A stretch of DNA of 64,000 nt from Candidatus Omnitrophota bacterium (GTDB lineage: Bacteria; Omnitrophota; Gorgyraeia; Gorgyraeales; Gorgyraeaceae), in assembly GCA_030649895.1 (NCBI GenBank), contig JAUSEX010000040.1, forward strand, positions 16,839-80,838, given 5' to 3'. Of the stretch, positions 49,959 to 58,830 are shown one piece after another; the first letter of the stretch is position 1; each line of letters starts with the position of its first letter. The position numbers and the translations under genes are program-made. The notes under the pieces were generated by a model that saw only the letters and a program-made list of their open reading frames with translations, did not search any database and was not told where the DNA came from.

Positions 49959-50999
49959 ATGGATATAAAGCCTAAAGACGATAGAGAGCGGTTAATCATC
50001 GGCCAGGAAGCAGAGGAAGAAGCGGTGTTTAATATATCGCTCCGGCCTGAGAGTTTAAAACATTTTGTAGGCCAGAAACATGTAATTGATAATGTTAATA
50101 TCGCGATAAAGGCGGCTAAGAAAAGAAAGGAAGGGCTTGAGCATATTTTACTTTCCGGGCCCCCTGGGCTAGGCAAGACTACGCTTGCTCATATAATAAG
50201 CCATGAGATGGATTCCAAGATTACCGCCACGTCAGGCCCTGCAATAGAGAGGGCCGGGGATCTCATAGGCATCCTTACTAATCTCGGCGAGGGCGATATA
50301 CTTTTTATTGACGAGATACACAGGCTTTCAAAGGTCGTGGAGGAGTTCATATATCCAGCAATGGAAAATTATCAGATAGATTTTCTTATAGATAAAGGCC
50401 CTTACGCGAAGACTATAAAGTTTAACCTGAAAAGATTTACGCTTATCGGAGCTACAACCCGCGCAGGATTATTGAGCGCGCCTTTAAGGGGCAGGTTCGG
50501 TATGTTTTACCACCTTGAGTTTTACGAGGCGGAGGACCTCGTGAAAATAATAGAGCGGTCTAGCGAGCTTTTAAGCATACCTCTTGATAAAGACGCAGCC
50601 TGGGAGATCGCCAGTCGTTCGCGAGGCACGCCCCGCGTAGCCAACAGGCTATTGAGAAGGGTCAGGGATTACAGCGAAGTGAATGGCAATAAGAAGATAG
50701 ATAAAGAGATTGCCATAGCGGGCCTTGCGTCTCACAGGATAGATAGCGCGGGACTGGACGATATAGACAGGAAAGTCATAAAGGCGATAATCGATTTTTA
50801 CGACGGCGGGCCAGTGGGCATCGAATCTCTTGCGGCAACCTTGAATGAAGAGAGCGATACTATAGTGGATGTGGTGGAGCCGTTTTTATTGAAGATAGGA
50901 TTTCTGAAACGTACGCCAAGAGGCAGGGAAGTTACGAAACTGGCGTATGATCATTTGAAGATAGCGTATAAGAAAGAGAGCCAAAAAGAGCTGTTTTAA
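49959..50999 (+). CDS. ruvB: Holliday junction DNA helicase RuvB
   Basis: AAA+ Walker A GPPGLGKTTLA, Walker B ILFIDEIHRL, C-terminal winged helix. Confidence 0.95.
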   Translation: MDIKPKDDRERLIIGQEAEEEAVFNISLRPESLKHFVGQKHVIDNVNIAIKAAKKRKEGLEHILLSGPPGLGKTTLAHIISHEMDSKITATSGPAIERAGDLIGILTNLGEGDILFIDEIHRLSKVVEEFIYPAMENYQIDFLIDKGPYAKTIKFNLKRFTLIGATTRAGLLSAPLRGRFGMFYHLEFYEAEDLVKIIERSSELLSIPLDKDAAWEIASRSRGTPRVANRLLRRVRDYSEVNGNKKIDKEIAIAGLASHRIDSAGLDDIDRKVIKAIIDFYDGGPVGIESLAATLNEESDTIVDVVEPFLLKIGFLKRTPRGREVTKLAYDHLKIAYKKESQKELF

Positions 51000-51000
51000 A

Positions 51001-51768
51001 ATGGCGTCATTCAAAGCTATGATAGAAATTATAAATCTTTCCAAGTCATTTGCCAGGTCAAAAGTTTTGGATAGCCTGAACCTTATCATAAATTCAGGCG
51101 AGATTATTGTTATAATAGGCCGCTCAGGCTGCGGCAAGAGCGTGCTTCTGAAGCACATAATAGGTCTCATGAGGCCTGACACGGGCCAGGTCATTGTAGA
51201 CGGGAATGACATGACAAGGCTTGAAGAACATGAGATGGATAAGATCAGGCTGAGTTTTGGCATGCTTTTTCAGGGCGCGGCCTTATTTGATTCCATGACA
51301 GTGGGCGAAAACGTGGGGTTTACATTGAGAGAGCATACTGATACGCCTGAAAAAGATATTCAGAAAAAGGTGGCTACTTCTCTGGAGCTTGTAGGGCTGA
51401 AGGGCATAGAAAAGCTTATGCCAGCTGAACTGAGCGGAGGTATGAAAAAAAGGGTGGGGCTCGCGCGCGCGATTTGCAATAATCCAAAAATTATATTATA
51501 CGATGAGCCTACCACGGGATTGGACCCGATAATGGCTGATGCTATAAACGAGCTCATTGTAGATTTGAATAATAAATTGAAAGTGACGTCCATAGTGGTT
51601 ACCCATGATATGGTTAGCGCTTTTAAAATAGCTGACAGGATTGCGATGTTATACAAAGGAAAGATTATAACAATAGGCACCCCTGATAATATTAAGGGCA
51701 CAAAAGATCCTATAGTGAAACAATTTATAACGGGGGCGGCAAAGGGCCCGATAACTGAAGATGCGTAA
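51001..51768 (+). CDS. mlaF: Phospholipid ABC transporter ATP-binding protein MlaF
   Basis: Walker A GRSGCGKS, signature LSGGMKKRVGLARA, Walker B ILYDEPTTGLD. Confidence 0.85.
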   Translation: MASFKAMIEIINLSKSFARSKVLDSLNLIINSGEIIVIIGRSGCGKSVLLKHIIGLMRPDTGQVIVDGNDMTRLEEHEMDKIRLSFGMLFQGAALFDSMTVGENVGFTLREHTDTPEKDIQKKVATSLELVGLKGIEKLMPAELSGGMKKRVGLARAICNNPKIILYDEPTTGLDPIMADAINELIVDLNNKLKVTSIVVTHDMVSAFKIADRIAMLYKGKIITIGTPDNIKGTKDPIVKQFITGAAKGPITEDA

Positions 51769-51806
51769 TAATCGCGGAACTATGCGGAAGCGTAATTTCG
51801 CGATAG
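51766..51806. repeat. Family C repeat (copy 2 of 2)
   Basis: TAATAATCGCGGAACTATGCGGAAGCGTAATTTCGCGATA begins with the mlaF stop codon; the 5' half matches 24863-24888 at 24 of 26 positions. Confidence 0.6.
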
Positions 51807-51830
51807 CATGCAATATAAGGAGGTAGCCAA

Positions 51831-52562
51831 ATGCTTACAAAGATGAATTTTGAGTTGAAGGTGGGCATATTTATTTTCATAGGGATAGTGATACTTTCTG
51901 TAATAGTATTTTCTATAGGAAATTTTTACAGCGTTAAGCGCGGATATAACATGAATGTGGTTTTCAGTTTTGCGAACGGTATCGGCGTAGGCGCGCCCGT
52001 GCGTTATTCAGGGGTACAGGTGGGAGAGGTGCAGGATATAAAGGTTTATTTTGACGAAAAGGAAAATAAACCTCTTGTCAGGTTAAATATCTGGGTGTCC
52101 CAGAATACCTGGATTAATGAAAACGCAAATGCGTCTATCAATACGCTCGGGCTTTTAGGAGAAAAATATCTGGAAATATTTCCAGGCACCAGGGATACGA
52201 GGCTTTTGCAGAAGGGCGATACATTGAGAGGAAACGACCCGGTGTCCACGGAAGAACTCACCAGATCCACAAAAGAACTTATAGAAAAATTAGGAATCCT
52301 TACGGAGTCCGTTAATAAGATTGCAGGAGACGAGGCCCTGAGAGCGTCTTTAAAAAATATTTTTAGCAATATGGAGGCGTTGAGCGGAGACCTGAGGGAT
52401 TTTTTATCTTACGCAAAGCAGGGCAAGGGCACGGTCGGAAGGCTTATGTCGGATGACACACTGTACAAACATATTGATGAGATGATCCTTGATATAAAAG
52501 AGCATCCTTGGAAACTTTTATTCAAGCCGTCTGAGCCAAGAGATAGCAAGAAAAAGAGATAG
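51831..52562 (+). CDS. mlaD: MCE-domain phospholipid transport protein MlaD
   Basis: N-terminal TM anchor (VGIFIFIGIVILSVIVFSIG) and MCE domain (VVFSFANGIGVGAPVRYSGVQVGEV). Confidence 0.8.
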   Translation: MLTKMNFELKVGIFIFIGIVILSVIVFSIGNFYSVKRGYNMNVVFSFANGIGVGAPVRYSGVQVGEVQDIKVYFDEKENKPLVRLNIWVSQNTWINENANASINTLGLLGEKYLEIFPGTRDTRLLQKGDTLRGNDPVSTEELTRSTKELIEKLGILTESVNKIAGDEALRASLKNIFSNMEALSGDLRDFLSYAKQGKGTVGRLMSDDTLYKHIDEMILDIKEHPWKLLFKPSEPRDSKKKR

Positions 52563-52572
52563 GAGAAACGAA

Positions 52573-53589
52573 ATGACTCTAATATTTATACGTATTTTTT
52601 TTGTTGTACTTAGCGTGATAATAGGTTTTCAGATAGGTTCTTTTGTCCAGGTAGGCGGGGCTGATTTCAGCGTGCTTGGCGCATTGATAGGTTTTTTAAT
52701 AGCGGCGCTTATAATTATTCTTGAATTCACGATGAGGAAGGTTTCAGTGAGAGGGCTTTCGTCAGCTGTCTTCGGGCTGCTCTTTGGGCTGATAATGGCG
52801 AAGCTGGTATCCGACACCCTGGCGCTTATCTCCCTGGACAAGAATATGGTGTATTCCTTGCGCGTTGTCCTGACGCTTATATTCTGCTATCTTGGCATGA
52901 TCATGGCAATGCGCGGCAGGGACGAGTTCAATATAATAGTCCCCTATGTCAAATTTTCAAGACAGGACCAGAAGGATGAAATGATACTTCTGGATACAAG
53001 CGTTATTATAGACGGCAGGATTGCGGATATATGCAAGACAGGTTTTCTGGACGGGAAATTTATAGTACCGCGGTTTGTATTAAAGGAATTGCAGCAGATA
53101 GCTGATTCTGCGGATTCCCTTAAGCGGGAAAGGGGCAGGAGAGGCCTGGATATACTGGGTAAACTCCAGAAAAATACTAACATAGATGTTAAGATACACA
53201 ATGACGATTTTCCCGATATAAAAGAGGTCGATCTGAAGCTTGTAAAGCTCGCCAAGGTGCTTAGCGCGAAGATATTTACAAACGACTATAACCTGAATAA
53301 GGTTTCAGAAATACAGGGTATAAGGGTTTTAAATGTAAATGAACTTGCGAATGCCCTGAGGCCAGTGGTCCTTCCGGGAGAAATAATCGAGACGAGGCTT
53401 ATCAAAGAAGGTAAGGAGTATAACCAGGGAGTCGGGTATCTGGAAGACGGCACAATGATAGTCGTGGATAACGGCAGGAGATTGATAGGCCAGAACGTAA
53501 ATTTGGTAGTAGGCAGCGTGCTCCAGACAGCAGCCGGCAGGATGATATTTGGAAAATTACCAGACGATAACAAGAGAAATAATAAATGA
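52573..53589 (+). CDS. yacL: PIN and TRAM domain membrane protein YacL-like
   Basis: N-terminal TMs, PIN domain (ILLDTSVIIDGRI), C-terminal TRAM domain (GEIIETRLIKEGKEYNQGVGYLEDGTMIVVDNG); conserved upstream position relative to ispD-ispF. Confidence 0.75.
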   Translation: MTLIFIRIFFVVLSVIIGFQIGSFVQVGGADFSVLGALIGFLIAALIIILEFTMRKVSVRGLSSAVFGLLFGLIMAKLVSDTLALISLDKNMVYSLRVVLTLIFCYLGMIMAMRGRDEFNIIVPYVKFSRQDQKDEMILLDTSVIIDGRIADICKTGFLDGKFIVPRFVLKELQQIADSADSLKRERGRRGLDILGKLQKNTNIDVKIHNDDFPDIKEVDLKLVKLAKVLSAKIFTNDYNLNKVSEIQGIRVLNVNELANALRPVVLPGEIIETRLIKEGKEYNQGVGYLEDGTMIVVDNGRRLIGQNVNLVVGSVLQTAAGRMIFGKLPDDNKRNNK

Positions 53590-54272
53590 GAGTAGCAGCT
53601 ATTGTCCCTGCAGCAGGCGTAGGCGCCAGATTAAAATCAAGGATACAAAAACCTTATATAGATCTTTGCGCTAAGCCGATACTTGCCCACACCTTAATAG
53701 CGCTTTCCGGAAATAAAAATATTGCCGAAATACTGGTAGCTGTAGAAAAAAACAAAGTAAATAAAGCTCAAAGAGAAATAATAAAAAGATACGGCATTAA
53801 AAAAACAAGGCTGGTAATAGGCGGCAAGGAGCGCAGCGATTCTGTTTATAATGCGTTAAAGGCCGTTTCAAAAAACGTAGATTATATTTTAATCCACGAT
53901 GGCATAAGGCCTTTTATCACAGATAAGCTTATCGAAGCCCTGTTGAAAGAGGTATCCAGGTCCGGCGCAGTAATCGCAGCTGTGCCCGTGAAACCTACTT
54001 TGAAATTTGTAGGCCGGGGCGGGCTTATCAAGAGCACCCCTTCCAGAAAATATTTCTGGGAGGCGCAAACGCCCCAGGTTTTCAGGAGAAGCCTCATAGA
54101 AAAGGCGTACCGGATAGCCAGGCAGAAAAATATTAAAGCCACGGATGATTCCATGCTTGTGGAAAAAATAGGCGCGAAGACGAAGATTGTCATGGGCTCT
54201 TACAGTAATATAAAAATTACCACAAAAGAGGATTTAGAGTTGGCGAAAATAATTATTAAAAGACATAGATGA
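53586..54272 (+). CDS. ispD: 2-C-methyl-D-erythritol 4-phosphate cytidylyltransferase
   Basis: MRVAAIVPAAGVGARLKS nucleotide-binding N-terminus; 228 aa. Confidence 0.85.
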   Translation: MRVAAIVPAAGVGARLKSRIQKPYIDLCAKPILAHTLIALSGNKNIAEILVAVEKNKVNKAQREIIKRYGIKKTRLVIGGKERSDSVYNALKAVSKNVDYILIHDGIRPFITDKLIEALLKEVSRSGAVIAAVPVKPTLKFVGRGGLIKSTPSRKYFWEAQTPQVFRRSLIEKAYRIARQKNIKATDDSMLVEKIGAKTKIVMGSYSNIKITTKEDLELAKIIIKRHR

Positions 54273-54279
54273 GGTGTTT

Positions 54280-54747
54280 ATGCGAGTAGGCATCGGTTAT
54301 GATATTCACAGGCTTGTGGAAGGCAAGCCGCTTATGCTGGGAGGCGTTGAGATACCGCATATAAAAGGGTTGGAAGGGCATTCTGACGGAGATGCGCTTC
54401 TCCACGCAATATGCGACGCGATTTTAGGGGCAGCTGGCCTGGATGACATAGGCTATCAATTTCCCGTGAATGATAACAGGTATTTAAATATATCAAGTTT
54501 AGAGCTTTTAAAAGAGGTTTCAGAAAAAATAAATAAGAAAGGCTTCAAGGTGGAATATGTGGATTCCGTGATTATACTGGAAGAGCCAAAGATAGCGCCT
54601 TTCAAGGATAATATGAAAAGAGAGATTGCGGCTGCGCTGGGCATCGGCGTTGATGTCATAAGCGTAAAAGCCACTACCCAGGAGGGCGTTGGCGCGATAG
54701 GAAGAGGCGAAGCGCTCGCAGCGTACGCAGTCGCGTGCCTGGTTTAA
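54280..54747 (+). CDS. ispF: 2-C-methyl-D-erythritol 2,4-cyclodiphosphate synthase
   Basis: MRVGIGYDIHRL ... GHSDGDALLHAICDAILGA zinc-binding motifs; GAGGTG SD then ATG at 54280. Confidence 0.9.
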   Translation: MRVGIGYDIHRLVEGKPLMLGGVEIPHIKGLEGHSDGDALLHAICDAILGAAGLDDIGYQFPVNDNRYLNISSLELLKEVSEKINKKGFKVEYVDSVIILEEPKIAPFKDNMKREIAAALGIGVDVISVKATTQEGVGAIGRGEALAAYAVACLV

Positions 54748-54750
54748 CCT

Positions 54751-54794
54751 ATCCGACTCCGTGAGTCGCCGTGCACGGCGACTCACGGAGTCGG
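54751..54794. repeat. Family A palindromic element (copy 4 of 4), ispF-cysS intergenic
   Basis: 44-nt perfect palindrome TCCGACTCCGTGAGTCGCCGTGCACGGCGACTCACGGAGTCGGA, followed by a GGAGG SD and the cysS GTG. Confidence 0.85.
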
Positions 54795-54806
54795 ATGGAG
54801 GTTTGC

Positions 54807-56225
54807 GTGAGTATAAAGATATATAACACCCTTACAAGAAAAAAAGAAGAATTCCAGCCTATTAAAAAAGGCGAGGTTGGCATGTATGTCTGCGGGCCCA
54901 CTGTTTACGATGTTCCGCATATAGGACACGCTAGAAGCGCTTATGCGTTTGATGTTGTCCGCCGTTATTTTATATATAGAGGATACAAGGTTAAATTTGT
55001 CAGGAACGTGACAGATGTAGACGATAAAATAATAAATAAGGCAAAAGAGGAATTCAAGGGAGAGGATTTGAACGGCGCGATAAAAAAAGTTTCCGATAAA
55101 TACCTTAAGGTCTATCACGAGTATATGAAAAAGCTCGGGATCATGAGCCCTGACAGAGAGCCCAAGGCCACAGAATATATAGAAAAGATGATAGATTTTA
55201 TAAAGATATTGATTGAGCGCGAAGTGGCTTATGCGTCTGGCGGCGATGTGTATTTTGAGGTGCGGAAAGTCAATGGTTATGGAAAATTATCTAACCAGAG
55301 CTTCGAGATGCTGGAATCAGGCGCAAGGATCGTTTCCGGGGAGAACAAGAAAGACCAGCTGGATTTTGCCTTATGGAAGTCTGCAAAAGAGGGCGAGTCT
55401 TCGTGGCAAAGCCCTTGGGGAAACGGCAGGCCGGGATGGCACATAGAATGCTCGGTAATGAGTTCTGATATTTTAGGGGGAGAGTTTGACATACACGGAG
55501 GAGGCATAGACCTGGTTTTTCCTCATCACGAAAATGAAGTTGCGCAGTCAGAAGGCGCAGGCAATAAATTCGCGCGTTACTGGATACATAACGGCCTTTT
55601 GACTATCAATAAAGAAAAGATGGCCAAGTCGCTCGGGAATTTTATTACCATGGAAGAAGTGTTAAAAAAGTATTCTCCCGACGCGCTCAAGCTTTTATTT
55701 TTAAAAACACATTATGCGCATCCGGTAGATTTTTCTTGGGAAAGAATGGAAGAGGCGAAGAAAGCGGTGGAGAGATTTAAGATACTATTTGATAAGATAG
55801 GTAGGCTCAAGGCTGAAGGCTCAAGGCTGAAGGCAGATTTCATGGAGCCCAGAGACTTAAACCTGGAGCCGGATATTAATTCTTTTCGCGTAAAATTTGA
55901 AAGCGCAATGGATGATGATTTCAATACAGCGGAGGCGCTGGCGGCGTTGTTTGATCTGGTGACATATATAAACAAGCAGGCGCCAGGGTCGAGTTATGCA
56001 AAAGATATTCTGATCGAGCTGGGGAAGGTATTCGGATTATTTGAGCATAAGGCCGAAGGCATAGATTCTTCAAAAAAAGCAGAGATAGAAAATCTTATTA
56101 ACTTAAGAAACGCGGCAAGAAAAAATAAAGATTTTAAAGAAGCTGACAGGATAAGGGATAAACTGAGCGATATAGGGATTGCAATAGAGGATCAGAAAGG
56201 CGAAACAACCTGGAGATTGAAATAA
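54807..56225 (+). CDS. cysS: Cysteinyl-tRNA synthetase
   Basis: HIGH motif (VPHIGHARS), KMSKS-type motif (KMAKSLGN), zinc-binding Cys. Start assigned to the GTG at 54807 after a GGAGG SD; the ORF-track start at 54771 lies inside the palindrome. Confidence 0.9.
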   Translation: MSIKIYNTLTRKKEEFQPIKKGEVGMYVCGPTVYDVPHIGHARSAYAFDVVRRYFIYRGYKVKFVRNVTDVDDKIINKAKEEFKGEDLNGAIKKVSDKYLKVYHEYMKKLGIMSPDREPKATEYIEKMIDFIKILIEREVAYASGGDVYFEVRKVNGYGKLSNQSFEMLESGARIVSGENKKDQLDFALWKSAKEGESSWQSPWGNGRPGWHIECSVMSSDILGGEFDIHGGGIDLVFPHHENEVAQSEGAGNKFARYWIHNGLLTINKEKMAKSLGNFITMEEVLKKYSPDALKLLFLKTHYAHPVDFSWERMEEAKKAVERFKILFDKIGRLKAEGSRLKADFMEPRDLNLEPDINSFRVKFESAMDDDFNTAEALAALFDLVTYINKQAPGSSYAKDILIELGKVFGLFEHKAEGIDSSKKAEIENLINLRNAARKNKDFKEADRIRDKLSDIGIAIEDQKGETTWRLK

Positions 56226-56261
56226 ATAATCCCTGGGCAGGCCTTAAAGAAAAGCGTTACC

Positions 56262-56337
56262 AGGAAAATAGGGACAGCGACCATTTTTTGTTGTCCTTTG
56301 TTTTTTAATTTTAAAAAAATGGTCGCTGTCCCTATAT
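56262..56337. repeat. Family B palindromic repeat (copy 2 of 2)
   Basis: AAAATAGGGACAGCGACCATTTT - 28 nt AT-rich loop - AAAATGGTCGCTGTCCCTAT; compare 14501-14580. Confidence 0.7.
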
Positions 56338-56459
56338 ACCAGAAATTTTTATGTCGTCAAGACTACTTTCGGTATAAAAAATTAGCCGTAAACCGTAGCG
56401 GACGGCAAAACTATTTCAGCGCCGAATGGCCCAAGCCCGCTCCAGAACATAGGAGCTAC

Positions 56460-57080
56460 ATGTTGAAACGCGGATTATTCATAACATTCGAAGGGCCCGA
56501 AGGAAGCGGGAAGACAACGCACGCTAAGTTGCTGTGCGAATTTTTGCGCAAAAAGGGTTTTAGGGTTTTGCATACGCGCGAACCAGGTGGCACATCGATA
56601 AGCGAGAAGATACGCAAAATTCTTCTGGACCCCAAAAATAAAGGCATGGATGTGGGATGCGAAATGCTTCTGTATATGGCAGCCAGGGCTCAAATAGTAG
56701 AACAGGAAATTTTACCGGCGCTTGAACAGGGCAGGATAGTTGTATGCGACAGGTTTACAGACGCTACCCTCGCTTATCAGGGATATGCCGGAGGCATGAG
56801 CCTGAAAGTGATAGAAAACATAGCGGGTATTGTCACAAAAGGACTTAAGCCCGACATTACATTTTTGCTGGATATAGACGCCAGGCTGGGGCTTTTAAGG
56901 GCCGGCAGGTCCAAAGACAGGATGGAGAGAAAATCCATCTTTTATCATAATAAAGTAAGAAACGGCTATCTTTCTATTGCAAGAAAAGAACCCGGGAGAG
57001 TAAAAGCGCTGTCTTCAACCGGCGAAATAAACGTGACTCAGGAAGAGATCAGAAAGGCTGCTCTAAAGATATGCCGCTAA
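56460..57080 (+). CDS. tmk: Thymidylate kinase
   Basis: FITFEGPEGSGKTT P-loop, DRF motif (CDRFTDATLAYQG); start set at the ATG at 56460; the upstream ORF extension runs through repeat B. Confidence 0.85.
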   Translation: MLKRGLFITFEGPEGSGKTTHAKLLCEFLRKKGFRVLHTREPGGTSISEKIRKILLDPKNKGMDVGCEMLLYMAARAQIVEQEILPALEQGRIVVCDRFTDATLAYQGYAGGMSLKVIENIAGIVTKGLKPDITFLLDIDARLGLLRAGRSKDRMERKSIFYHNKVRNGYLSIARKEPGRVKALSSTGEINVTQEEIRKAALKICR

Positions 57081-58042
57081 GAGATATAATAGGCCAGGAC
57101 AACGCTATAAGGATATTAAAAAGCATGCTCGGCAAGGAAGATATAAACGGCGCATATCTTTTTTCAGGGCCCAAGGGCGTGGGAAAGCGTACCGCCGGCG
57201 TAGAGTTTGCCAAGGCTATAAATTGCGCTAAATTAGAGCCGGATGCGTGCGGAGAATGCGTTTCATGCAGCAAAATAGATTCTATGAATCACCCTGATCT
57301 GTTTATTATACAGAAAGAGGAAGAATCCCGTTTTATCAAGATAGACATGATAAGGGATATTATCTATCAGGCGAGCCTGAAACCGTATGAGGCCAGGAAA
57401 AAGATTTTTATAATAGCTGAAGCGGAGGATATGAACGAGGAATCGCAGAATGCGCTTCTAAAGATACTGGAAGAACCCCGCGAGAACCAGATATTTATAT
57501 TGACCACTTCGCGCGTTTCCGGAATATTGCCTACGGTTTTTTCCAGATGCAAGGCTGTGAAGTTCAATCTTTTGAGCCAGGCCGGGATTCAGGAGATTCT
57601 CATAGGGAGAAAAGGTTTTAATGAGGAAGAAGCGGTTTTATTTTCGCATATGGCCCTTGGCAGCCCGGGCAGGGCGATAGCCTTTAAAGAAAACGATGAA
57701 ATCAGTGAGCGCGACAGGATGTTGAACGACTTCTTTTTTAGAAAGCGGGCGATATTCAGAGAAGAGGTATGCGACGAGAGAAAATATAACGACCTGGACG
57801 AGTCGCTTGGCATGCTTTTGTCCTGGTACAGGGATTTATTGGTCTCAAAATTTACAGAAGACAGGGATATCTTCCTGAATGTAGACAGGATAGAAGAGAT
57901 ATTTTCTTATTCTGCTAGATTTTCCGCAGATAAGCTTGAGAGGGATATATCCAGCGTTATGAAGGCTATAAATTATTTAAGAAGAAACGTAAATCCAAAG
58001 ATGGCGCTTTTTAATATGGCGCTTGAGCTAGAAAGGCAATAA
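57071..58042 (+). CDS. holB: DNA polymerase III delta-prime subunit
   Basis: AAA+-like fold with GPKGVGKRT and the zinc module CGECVSC; conserved position after tmk. Confidence 0.8.
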   Translation: MPLRDIIGQDNAIRILKSMLGKEDINGAYLFSGPKGVGKRTAGVEFAKAINCAKLEPDACGECVSCSKIDSMNHPDLFIIQKEEESRFIKIDMIRDIIYQASLKPYEARKKIFIIAEAEDMNEESQNALLKILEEPRENQIFILTTSRVSGILPTVFSRCKAVKFNLLSQAGIQEILIGRKGFNEEEAVLFSHMALGSPGRAIAFKENDEISERDRMLNDFFFRKRAIFREEVCDERKYNDLDESLGMLLSWYRDLLVSKFTEDRDIFLNVDRIEEIFSYSARFSADKLERDISSVMKAINYLRRNVNPKMALFNMALELERQ

Positions 58043-58044
58043 CT

Positions 58045-58830
58045 ATGCGCGGAATTATAGAGGTAAGGATAAGGGAATCCGGAAATATAGTATTTTATGA
58101 TTCAAATGGCTTGCAGGCAAAGGTGGGCGGTTATGTGATAATAGACGCTGAAAGAGGCCAGGATTACGCTCAGGTTATAGGTATCCCCGAAAAGATCTCG
58201 GAGGCGGAGCCTAAAGGGCCTTTAAAGAAAATAATACGCGTCGCTACCCAGGAAGACGTAAATCAGATAAATGATAACAAGAAACGCACGAAAGATACAT
58301 TCCAGATATGCGCGAAGAAGATACAGGAACACAAGCTGGAAATGAAGCTTATTGACGCCGAGTATTCTTTTGACGGCACGAAGCTAATTTTTTATTTTAC
58401 TTCCGAAGACAGGGTGGATTTCAGGGAACTCGTAAAGGATCTGGCGCATGTCTTCAAGGTCAGGATAGAGCTGAAGCAGATAGGCGTCAGGGATGAGGCA
58501 AGGATGCTGGGCGGGTTCGGGCATTGCGGGCGGGCTCTATGCTGCGCCAGTTTTTTAAAAGGTTTTGACGCGGTTACCATAAGGATGGCGAAAGAGCAAA
58601 ATCTGTCTTTGAATCCTACCAAGATTTCAGGCGTGTGCGGAAGGCTTATGTGCTGTCTTTCTTACGAATACGAGAGTTATAAAAAATATCTGAAAGGCCT
58701 TCCGAAAGAAGGAGAGAAAATAACGTTACCTGAGGGAAAAGGCAAGGTTGTAAGCGTGAATGCGTTAAAACGCAAGGTCATGGTAGAGCTTGAAGAAGGA
58801 AAACACATAGAACTGGATTACAATAAATGA
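58045..58830 (+). CDS. ricT: PSP1 domain protein (RicT/YaaT-like)
   Basis: PSP1 C-terminal conserved region (KLIFYFTSEDRVDFRELVKDLAHVFKVRIELKQIG) and a Cys cluster (GHCGRALCC ... GRLMCC). Confidence 0.75.
   Translation: MRGIIEVRIRESGNIVFYDSNGLQAKVGGYVIIDAERGQDYAQVIGIPEKISEAEPKGPLKKIIRVATQEDVNQINDNKKRTKDTFQICAKKIQEHKLEMKLIDAEYSFDGTKLIFYFTSEDRVDFRELVKDLAHVFKVRIELKQIGVRDEARMLGGFGHCGRALCCASFLKGFDAVTIRMAKEQNLSLNPTKISGVCGRLMCCLSYEYESYKKYLKGLPKEGEKITLPEGKGKVVSVNALKRKVMVELEEGKHIELDYNK

Noticed and set aside
25449-54794. Palindromic repeats as a CRISPR array
   Set aside because: The copies are 7-18 kb apart, not regularly spaced with short spacers; they are self-complementary hairpins with no adjacent cas genes.
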